64,000 nucleotides of DNA, taken from contig JBJMOW010000005.1 in NCBI GenBank assembly GCA_045803545.1, positions 1,408,001 through 1,472,000 of the forward strand, written 5' to 3'. Within the stretch, counting starts at the first letter, position 1. The number at the start of each line of letters is the position of its first letter. Source of the stretch: Gemmatimonadaceae bacterium (lineage in GTDB: Bacteria > Gemmatimonadota > Gemmatimonadetes > Gemmatimonadales > Gemmatimonadaceae). This document shows positions 56,558 to 64,000 of the stretch, piece by piece. The notes under the pieces were generated by a model, which made no database searches, was not told where the DNA came from, and worked only from the letters and a program-made list of their open reading frames with translations. The translations under genes and the position numbers were made by a program.

Positions 56558-57961
56558 CTACTTGCTTATCGCCGCCAGCTCCTTTGCGCTCCTTAACAAT
56601 CCGTCGAGGGCGCGACGATCGAATAATCGCCCGCCCTGAATCACCGCGCGAATCTTCCTGGTGTTGGCGATGTTCTGCAACGGATTTCCATCCAGCAACA
56701 CCAGATCGGCAACCTTCCCAGGCGCGACGACGCCGAGTGAATCGGTCAGGCCGAGGAATCGCGCTGGATTGATCGTCGCCGTGCGCAACGCTTCCGCCGG
56801 TGTCAGCCCGGCGCGCACGAGCAAGCCGAGCTCATCGTGCAGACCGAATCCTGGATAGACGTAAGCGTTGGCGAGGTCGCTGCCCGCCAACATCGGAACT
56901 CCCGCTCGATTGATCGGCGCAATCAGTGTGGAGTGGAATTCTCCGAGGGCGCCAATGCGCGCGTTCAAATCCGCAGGCATCGACTCCCACAATTTGCGCA
57001 GCATCTTCGGGATGTAGACGATGAGCGAATCGCTCGCGACGTGACCGCGCTGCGCATGATCACGCAGCGCGTGCAGCACGATCAGAGTCGGACATTGCCA
57101 GGTTTCGTTCCGCCGGAAGCGATCGAACAGCGACGCCGCCTTGGCAGAGTCGAATGTCGCTCTGAGCCGAGTGGCGTCCGGCAGGTAGCCATGCTTTTGC
57201 GCCACCGCCTCGAGCTCCTCGGCTTTGATCTTCGCCTCATCGCTCGACGTTCCAACATCGACTTCGGTGAGGTGCTCGAGACTTCTCTGCCGCGCATCTG
57301 ACGCCTCGGCGGCCGTCAATGCATACGGCACATGACCGGCGAAAGGAATTCCTTCGCTCTTCGCTTCGCTGGCGACGGCGTAGTACAAATCCCTCGGCAA
57401 CGAAGAATAGACTTTGATGAAGTTGACGCCGCCGGCCTTGAGCTCCTGCACTGCCCTTCTTGCTTCCTCAGGCGTGTTGACGATCCGGGCGACGGGCAGA
57501 TATGAATTCGGACCGTCGATCGCCGGTCCCGCGATAAAGAGTCGCGGACCGATCTGCCTGCCGCTGACCACGTCGCGCCTGATCGAGTCGATGACGGGCA
57601 GGATGCTGTGCATGTCGCGCACGCCGAGCACGCCGTTGGCGACGAGCACCGGCAGAAAAATCTTCGCGGCGCCGGCCGGCCAGCTGAGGTGGACGTGCAT
57701 GTCCCACAGCGCGGGAATGAGGTACCTGCCGCGGCCGTCGATGACGCGCGCATCGCCGCGGATGCGGACGTCGCGAGTTGGCTTGACCGAGGCGATCGTT
57801 CTGCCATCGATCTCCACCGTCATGTCGGGCTGCACGTTGCCGGCGATCACGTCTACTACTGACACGTGCGCGATGTAGATAGCCGCGGGGGGAACACGCT
57901 GACCTTTGACCAACGGCGTCAGGCAGACGACGGCGAGGACGATGCATGCAGCTGTCTTCAT
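56558..57961 (-). CDS. Secreted amidohydrolase-family protein
   Basis: LWDMHVH, FAGH, SLEH, LAGSD, GKVADLVLLDGNPL. Confidence 0.92.
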   Translation of the reverse strand: MKTAACIVLAVVCLTPLVKGQRVPPAAIYIAHVSVVDVIAGNVQPDMTVEIDGRTIASVKPTRDVRIRGDARVIDGRGRYLIPALWDMHVHLSWPAGAAKIFLPVLVANGVLGVRDMHSILPVIDSIRRDVVSGRQIGPRLFIAGPAIDGPNSYLPVARIVNTPEEARRAVQELKAGGVNFIKVYSSLPRDLYYAVASEAKSEGIPFAGHVPYALTAAEASDARQRSLEHLTEVDVGTSSDEAKIKAEELEAVAQKHGYLPDATRLRATFDSAKAASLFDRFRRNETWQCPTLIVLHALRDHAQRGHVASDSLIVYIPKMLRKLWESMPADLNARIGALGEFHSTLIAPINRAGVPMLAGSDLANAYVYPGFGLHDELGLLVRAGLTPAEALRTATINPARFLGLTDSLGVVAPGKVADLVLLDGNPLQNIANTRKIRAVIQGGRLFDRRALDGLLRSAKELAAISK

Positions 57962-58005
57962 TGCTCTGACTTAGACGGGAGGATCGGGCCGAACGTTGAG
58001 GACCC

Positions 58006-58043
58006 AAAAAAAGGACGAATCAGCATAAGTGCTTGACTCGTCC
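58006..58043 (-). terminator. Rho-independent terminator of tRNA-Gln
   Basis: Minus strand ggacgagtcaagca-ctta-tgctgattcgtcc followed by T7. Confidence 0.85.
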
Positions 58044-58047
58044 AAAG

Positions 58048-58120
58048 TTGCCCCTCCTGGGCTCGAACCAGGACTCTCCTGATCCAGAGTCAGGCGTGTT
58101 GCCAGTTACACCAAGGGGCA
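58048..58120 (-). tRNA. tRNA-Gln (CTG), CCA not encoded
   Basis: TGCCCCT/AGGGGCA acceptor stem, CCTGA-CTCTGGA-TCAGG anticodon arm, GGTTCGAGCCC T arm. Confidence 0.96.
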
Positions 58121-58202
58121 GTACCTAGATTTTTCGCCGAAATCGGCGGGAACTGCAATCTAAAACCACTCGGCCGGGGCGCAATCATCGACCGGCCATT
58201 GC

Positions 58203-58565
58203 CTAGCTCCACAACCAGTCCTCGGCCTCCTGTCGATCACGAAATACCTCGATCGTCTGACCATTCGCCTCCGCGTGAATCGCGAACATCCGCGCCATAC
58301 CGAACGTCACGTCCGTGGGCGCAACGAACGCCCGTCGAGTGCCCGGTGTGAAATACTGGTCGCGGGCCGCCGCCGTCACCTTCGGCGTCGTGATGCGGAT
58401 CTCCGTTATGGCAGTGAGGTCGATCAGCTGTCGATAACCCGGATCGAAGTCGGGATCGGTTCGTAATGTCCGATTGTGGTCATCCACCTGTTCGTTGGTC
58501 ACTACCTCCGACAAGCGGCTGGTCACCAGTTGCTTCTTCTTATCTATGTCGTAGGAAATCGACAA
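58203..58565 (-). CDS. Small hypothetical protein, SpoIIAA/STAS-like
   Basis: QLIDL...RRAFVA.....FGMARMF...VFRD..EAEDWL pattern. Confidence 0.7.
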   Translation of the reverse strand: MSISYDIDKKKQLVTSRLSEVVTNEQVDDHNRTLRTDPDFDPGYRQLIDLTAITEIRITTPKVTAAARDQYFTPGTRRAFVAPTDVTFGMARMFAIHAEANGQTIEVFRDRQEAEDWLWS

Positions 58566-58754
58566 TTCGCTCTCTGTCCGGTATCAGACAAGCTTACCGA
58601 CATCGTCAACCCCACGCAGAGCCCAATCTACGCGATAGCAATAGCACACGGTTCAATGCCTCCACCCAGATTCGCTCATACTCCATCACATCCTTGGTTG
58701 ACACCATTGATCCTCCATTCATCGATGGCGAGACACGCCGGCGGTTCAGATGGA

Positions 58755-61424
58755 CTATCTGGCAAGCAAACGCTCAAACCGCGGATTGCCGCGCAGCGGA
58801 TCCCACCACGGGTCGACGCGCAGCTGCGGAACGGACACATCGCTCGGAATCGCAAGAAGCTGCTCGAGATTGGTTATCGCCTCGTCGTACGATCCGGCGA
58901 GCACCGCGTTGCTGGCGATAGCATAGAGATTGTTCGAGCCGCGTATCGCATCGGCGGAAAGGGGCGTGGTCTGCAACGAGAGCCTCCCCTCTTCCAGGCT
59001 GCGCTTCCTGTCACCCTTCGCCGCGTAAGCCTCGCCGAGGAAGGCGTGGAGGCCGGCGTCGAGAAAATTTCCCCGCATCGCTTTTGGTGCCTCCGCGATC
59101 AACGAATCAGCGAACGCGAGCTGAGCGGGCTTGTTTCTGGTGTACACACTGAACGTCAAACTCGCGACAAGGAAAACCATTCGGTTCTGGATGTCTTTCG
59201 CAGAAAGGGCTTGTTGCATGTCGCGACGGATTTCCGGATCAGTCAGCGCGGGCCAGTTCAGCAGCAGCACTCCGCGCTTCCACTGGTCGGGATCTACTTG
59301 TCTTTTCGCCTCCGTTAGAATCGCCACGGCTTTGTTCACATCACCTGTACTAAGCAAAATGAGATTGGAAAGGTTGCCGTAGCCTAGCAATTCGTCCGGA
59401 GCCAGCGGGATGGCTCTTTCACAAACTGCCTGGGCTTCAGTGTAGTGACGTGTGAGCGTCAGGCTTTCGCACAGATCTGCGACGTATCTCGCATTCCTCG
59501 GATCGAGCTGTGCAGACCGTTCCAAATCCGTGATCGCTTCGCCCCACTTGTTCCGCCGGCGCTCGATCAAACCCTTCAGGTAAAGTACCTCGGGATCATT
59601 TGGCGAGATTTTCTCCGCCAGAAGCAGAGTCTCGAGCGCTTTGTCGTAGTCCAACTTCGCGCGGTAGTAGTAGGTCGCCCTCGCGATGTACCCGGCGGCC
59701 AGGTCTGGGTCGAGAGCGAGCGCGGTATCAATGGCCGCCTGAGCCAGCGCCAATCGGTGCGGGTTGTCGTCCGCCTGAAACCAGAAGGCGGACAGGTGTG
59801 CGTTACCGAGCTGGGCATAGGCGAGCGCAAATTTCGGGTCCCGCTCTACCGCGTGCTGCAGATATGCTGCTGCCCTTAAATAACCCGACGGACTGCCAAT
59901 ACTCGTCGCAGTGCCGGACATCAGGCTTTTTCCGCGCAGGAAATAGTCGTAGGCTTGTGCGTCAGCTGTGGGCCGCGCGGACAGTTGCGTTCTGTCGGAC
60001 TGACTCAGTTTCACTCTCATTGCTTCGGCGACGTGTTCCGCCACCTTTCCCTGGATGTCGAATACGTTGGTTGCTTCCGCCTGGTATGGCTCTGACCATA
60101 TCTGGGCGCCGCTGCTGCTGCGCAGCAGAACGGGTGTGATCTTGACGAGACTATGCCCATTTCGCGATCGATCCCAACGAACGGTTCCGGTGAGGAGATA
60201 GGTGGCGCCGAGCTCCTTCCCGATTTGTTGCGGAGGCTTGGTGGTATTGGCGTAGCTCTTTGCGCTCTGCCTGCCAATTACTGTGAGTCCACCGACGCTT
60301 CCCAGCTTGCTCGAGATTTCGTCGGTCATCCCCTCGGCGAAATACTCGTCATCCTTGTTTCCGAGATTGTCGAAGGGAAGAACGGCGAGAGATGGAGTGG
60401 TATCCGCGACAACCGCCGGGCCAGCATCGACAGCTCGATGTGTTCGCCAATAGGCGGTTGACGATGCGAGCAGCAGGACGACGATCGCACCCGCGACCGC
60501 CATGAACGTTCCGCGTCTGCTCGAAGGGTACGCGCGACCTGGCGCAATCGCGCCGATATGCGGTGTCGTCGCACCGCTCGGCGTGACGGCTGCTTCGAGG
60601 TCGGCCAACATTTCCGCGGCAGACTGCGGTCGATCCGCGGCGTGTTTCTCCAGCGAGCGCGTAATGAGAGATGACAGCTCGCGCGGCACCGAAGGACGCC
60701 GCACGTCGATTGGTTCCGGCTTCTGCGTCGCGTGCGCGGCGAGCATCGCCTGTGGTGAGCGAGCGCTGAACACCTGCTGCCCGGTGAGCATCTCGTACGC
60801 CATTGCACCAACACCGTAGAGATCGGCGCGATGGTCGGTAGCAGGATCCGCCGCCGCTTGCTCTGGCGACATGTACGCGGGCGTGCCCAACGCAACGCCG
60901 AGGGAGGTGAGCGACGACCCGGGATTGGTCGACGCGCTCAGCGCTTTCGCAACGCCGAAATCGGCGACGACCGCGTGATTGCCGGTGAGCAGCACGTTGT
61001 CGGGCTTCATGTCGCGATGAACGACACCGTGCTCGTGTGCGTAGGACAGAGCGCTCAGAACGTCGCGCAGAATTCGCGCGGTATCGTGTACCGGAAGCTC
61101 GCCCGACCGCGACAGCCGGGCGCGCAGCGACTCGCCCTCGATGAATGGCATAGTATAGTAGGGGAGTCCATCGCTGATCCCGGCGCTAAGAACCGGAACG
61201 ATGTGCGGGTGCTGCAGCTTCGCGGCGAGCTGAATCTCGCGCCGGAAGCGCTCGATGTTGACGGTAGCCGCCAGATCCGGCAGCAGTACTTTCACTACGA
61301 CCTTGCGGCCGAGCGAGTTGTCCTCGGCGATGAAAACCCTCGACATGCCGCCACCACCGAGCTCGCGCTCGAGGGTGTAGGCTTCTCCCAAAGATTTCTG
61401 GAGCTGTTCGCGCAGCTCGGTCAT
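58755..61424 (-). CDS. Ser/Thr protein kinase with TM, TolB-N-like and TPR domains
   Basis: LGGGGMSRVF, HRDMKPDN, DFG, GTPAYMSPEQ, LAVLPFDNL, DPWWDPLRGNPRF. Confidence 0.93.
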   Translation of the reverse strand: MTELREQLQKSLGEAYTLERELGGGGMSRVFIAEDNSLGRKVVVKVLLPDLAATVNIERFRREIQLAAKLQHPHIVPVLSAGISDGLPYYTMPFIEGESLRARLSRSGELPVHDTARILRDVLSALSYAHEHGVVHRDMKPDNVLLTGNHAVVADFGVAKALSASTNPGSSLTSLGVALGTPAYMSPEQAAADPATDHRADLYGVGAMAYEMLTGQQVFSARSPQAMLAAHATQKPEPIDVRRPSVPRELSSLITRSLEKHAADRPQSAAEMLADLEAAVTPSGATTPHIGAIAPGRAYPSSRRGTFMAVAGAIVVLLLASSTAYWRTHRAVDAGPAVVADTTPSLAVLPFDNLGNKDDEYFAEGMTDEISSKLGSVGGLTVIGRQSAKSYANTTKPPQQIGKELGATYLLTGTVRWDRSRNGHSLVKITPVLLRSSSGAQIWSEPYQAEATNVFDIQGKVAEHVAEAMRVKLSQSDRTQLSARPTADAQAYDYFLRGKSLMSGTATSIGSPSGYLRAAAYLQHAVERDPKFALAYAQLGNAHLSAFWFQADDNPHRLALAQAAIDTALALDPDLAAGYIARATYYYRAKLDYDKALETLLLAEKISPNDPEVLYLKGLIERRRNKWGEAITDLERSAQLDPRNARYVADLCESLTLTRHYTEAQAVCERAIPLAPDELLGYGNLSNLILLSTGDVNKAVAILTEAKRQVDPDQWKRGVLLLNWPALTDPEIRRDMQQALSAKDIQNRMVFLVASLTFSVYTRNKPAQLAFADSLIAEAPKAMRGNFLDAGLHAFLGEAYAAKGDRKRSLEEGRLSLQTTPLSADAIRGSNNLYAIASNAVLAGSYDEAITNLEQLLAIPSDVSVPQLRVDPWWDPLRGNPRFERLLAR

Positions 61425-62609
61425 CTGGCCTGTCGCCTACCGGTGAGGTGCTGCGCGGGCGCGTGGCGCCGTGGTAGCGAGAAAAGCGCACCATGCGGAG
61501 TTCCGGCCACCTGCCACTGCGAGCCCAGTCCCAGCTGTCCTGTTTTCTCGTCGAAGTTCGCGATGACTATCCGATGCACGAGATCGCCGTATCCGGTGAC
61601 GACTGCACGACGATGGTTCGGCTCGAGCGCGAGCCAGTGCGGAACGTCGTTCGCGCCGAGCACCAGGCGTGATACTTCCCTTGGCGCATTGGGATTGGAA
61701 ATGTCGAGACTCACCACTGCGCTCCACGCGGGTACGGTCACCAGGTAGTAGTGTCCGGCGATTGCCGGCACCGCGCAGTACGTGCCTGGTCTTCGGGGGA
61801 ATGACGACACAAGCTGGCCTGATGGGTTTGACCCGTCGAGCCCACGCAGCACGTAGAGCCCGCACGCAAACGTAGAGACCAACACCGTGCGTCCATCGGC
61901 GAGGAGCCTTGGCTCCGCCGTCATCGACGCTTCGTCACCGCGCGCGCCCTGCGGCAGCTCAAAGGTCTTCAGCAGCTTCATGTCAGAGAGCCTCCACAAT
62001 TGAAGCGTCGGAATTTCGGCGGTGCCGTCCATATCCGTCGTCGTCGTGACGATGCGATCGAGGCGCGGAATTACCACCGCCGAATAGGGACGCACGCGCC
62101 GGTCGATGCCGGCACCGTTTGCGGAAGTCCATCTTACCACCCGGCCACGATTCGTCAGCTCGGCGATTCCGCCCGGCTCGACGCCGAGAGAATCGTGTTG
62201 CATCTGAAAAGTCGCCAGCACGTGGCCATTCGGAAGTCGCACGTAACTGTGCGGATGCATCATGCCGGCGACGTCACCGAACTGTTCAGCGATTCTTGGG
62301 TGCGTCGGGATCACTGGTGTCGAAAATGAAAGTCTGACCGGTGGCAAACCCATTCGCGAAGAGCCGGTGATCGGCCGGCATTTCGTATTCGGTGTGATGC
62401 GGCCGGTTCCTGTGGCCGGGGACGGGCACGGTTGCAATCACCTGTCCGTACGCCGCGGATGATACGCGCGCATCGAACACAGCGAGAAAATCGGGTCGAG
62501 CCGAGTCGGCCGACGCGGTCCAGGCGTAGAGATAGTCACTCGAGGCCTGCTGCGCCGCTATGGACGACGACGCGATCGCGGCGGCAGCGGTGAAGATCAA
62601 TAGACGCAT
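61421..62609 (-). pseudogene. Secreted selenium-binding-protein-like beta-propeller, split by a 1-nt frameshift near 62308
   Basis: DFLAVFD...YGQVIAT..PHH..FIFDTSDP in one frame continues as THPRIAEQF..HPHS..VPHW..PHG in another. Confidence 0.75.
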
Positions 62610-62647
62610 CGCAGAGTGAGGAGAGAGGTTTCGGAACGCGGTGTTGT

Positions 62648-64000
62648 TCATCGGCGCGATTTCGCTTTGAGGTCCTCGAACCAGTTTTCGACGACAATCA
62701 GCCGCTCGGGCTCAGAACCAGGGAGCGGCCTGAGCATCAAGAACCGCTGATCGTCCGCCGCCACATCGTACTGCGGACTTGCCTCGAAAGACCCGAAGCG
62801 AGTCGCAGAAAAAAGGATTGTCGTGCGCGTCACCGAAAACACCGGATTCGTGCGTACTTCGGCCGCTACCATGTTGCCCGCGGCATCCCGGTAGAACAAC
62901 TCGTTACCGCGATGCGCCCAGCGTGGCTCGGTTCCTCCAGCGGTGGACACGATCCACTTGGCGGCGCTCGTGTTGGGAAATGGCACGACGTAGATCTCGT
63001 AGCGTCCACTTTCGTTCGATGCGTACGCAAGCCATTTCGAGTCCCGAGAGATCGCCGGGGTGAACTCGGTGAACCTCGTTGCGACAAGCGGTATTGGCGC
63101 GGTGTCGACGCCCGGTCTGATTGCCATGATGTCGCTCGCGCCAGGGCCCTGCCTGTCGGTGCGATAAATCAGCCACTTACCATCAGGTGACCAAGTCGCG
63201 CCAACCGCCGTCTTCGTTTTCAGCTGAAGCACGGCCTGCGAGCTGCCATCTGCACGTTTCTTTAAAACACCAAGCGACTGTTGAATGCCGTTGGTGTACA
63301 TGACCGATCGTCCGTCAGGTGTCCACGCGGGATAGATGTTGGACCGACCGTCAAGCGTGAGTCTCGTCGCGGGTCCCTTGTCCAATTGCTTGATCCACAC
63401 GTCGCGGCTGCCGGCATCACCGACCGTCAGGGCAAGCAATTTTCCGTCAGGCGACAACGTCGGGAACGAGAAATATCCCACCCACGTCGAATCGACAGGC
63501 TGCGCTTTTCCGTCTCGCGTCACCCATACCAATTCGCCGTTGCCGGCGTTCGCTCCGGTAGCGTAGATGAGAGTTCCATCCGATGACACGCCTAAATCTG
63601 CCGATGCTGACGTTCCCAGACGCACGGATTCGACAACGGTGGTCGGCTCACCTTTCACCGTCATCGAATTTTGATCGAATGGAACCATCATCAATGCTCT
63701 GTCCGTCGTCACGTAAAGCAGGTGCCCGGAGGGAGAGTACCGAGCGAACGTAGCGCCATTCAAAAGGATCCTGTGCTTGCCGGAGGGCACCTCGGCTACC
63801 GCCACAGAAAGGGGCCTTCTTCCCTTTGCGTCGTTCCTCCCGCCGTACACCACCGTGAACAAAACGCCCTTCCCGTTCGGCAGCACGTCGGGCCAAATGT
63901 GGTCGGTCTCTCCCGCCGAACTATCCAGCATCGTGAACCATTTCGGGTGCGCGCCCGCCTTTGCTTCTACCTTAAGAAGAGGAGCAGCGCCAAAGCCGTC
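62648..64000 (-). CDS. PD40/TolB-like repeat protein, probably the C-terminal part of a Ser/Thr kinase (5' end beyond the window)
   Basis: SPDG repeats, WLAYASNESGRYEIYV, C-terminal LIVVENWFEDLK. Confidence 0.82.
   Translation of the reverse strand, partial: DGFGAAPLLKVEAKAGAHPKWFTMLDSSAGETDHIWPDVLPNGKGVLFTVVYGGRNDAKGRRPLSVAVAEVPSGKHRILLNGATFARYSPSGHLLYVTTDRALMMVPFDQNSMTVKGEPTTVVESVRLGTSASADLGVSSDGTLIYATGANAGNGELVWVTRDGKAQPVDSTWVGYFSFPTLSPDGKLLALTVGDAGSRDVWIKQLDKGPATRLTLDGRSNIYPAWTPDGRSVMYTNGIQQSLGVLKKRADGSSQAVLQLKTKTAVGATWSPDGKWLIYRTDRQGPGASDIMAIRPGVDTAPIPLVATRFTEFTPAISRDSKWLAYASNESGRYEIYVVPFPNTSAAKWIVSTAGGTEPRWAHRGNELFYRDAAGNMVAAEVRTNPVFSVTRTTILFSATRFGSFEASPQYDVAADDQRFLMLRPLPGSEPERLIVVENWFEDLKAKSRR

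Noticed and set aside
42811..58120. Defence island as an element integrated at tRNA-Gln
   Set aside because: The island lies downstream of the tRNA, but I found no integrase and no duplicate of the tRNA 3' end; the terminator is intact and two host-like genes intervene.

Overview
High-GC bacterial chromosome segment, probably Gemmatimonadota (inferred from Ser/Thr kinase-TPR proteins, a BTAD-TPR regulator and many secreted Ig/RCC1/PD40 lipoproteins). It has four zones. (1) 1-10.6 kb: ordinary transport, redox and signalling genes. (2) About 6.5-40.4 kb, overlapping zone 1: an envelope module with two oppositely oriented ECF sigma / zf-HC2 anti-sigma / exported TPR-CHAT protease triads, surrounded by duplicated lipoprotein genes. 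A bipartite motif, CGCAA(A/G)-N12-GTCCGT, occurs six times upstream of genes here, with two more CGCAAT-N13-GTCCGT copies in CHAT 3' ends, suggesting a regulon readable from sequence. (3) 45.7-55.6 kb: a visibly more AT-rich defence island with DUF262-HNH, a HEPN-like protein, a C5 methyltransferase, two PD-(D/E)XK nucleases and Vsr. Its core is a three-gene operon: IrrE-type peptidase fused to an SCO6735/DarG-class macrodomain; a P-loop kinase fused to an adenylosuccinate-synthetase homologue with PurZ/PurZ0-type substitutions; and a DarT-like ADP-ribosyltransferase. This is my best candidate for an undescribed system. (4) 56-64 kb: host-like genes, tRNA-Gln(CTG) and kinases. Two genes carry single-base frameshifts. 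All family calls come from motifs recognised by eye; no searches were run.
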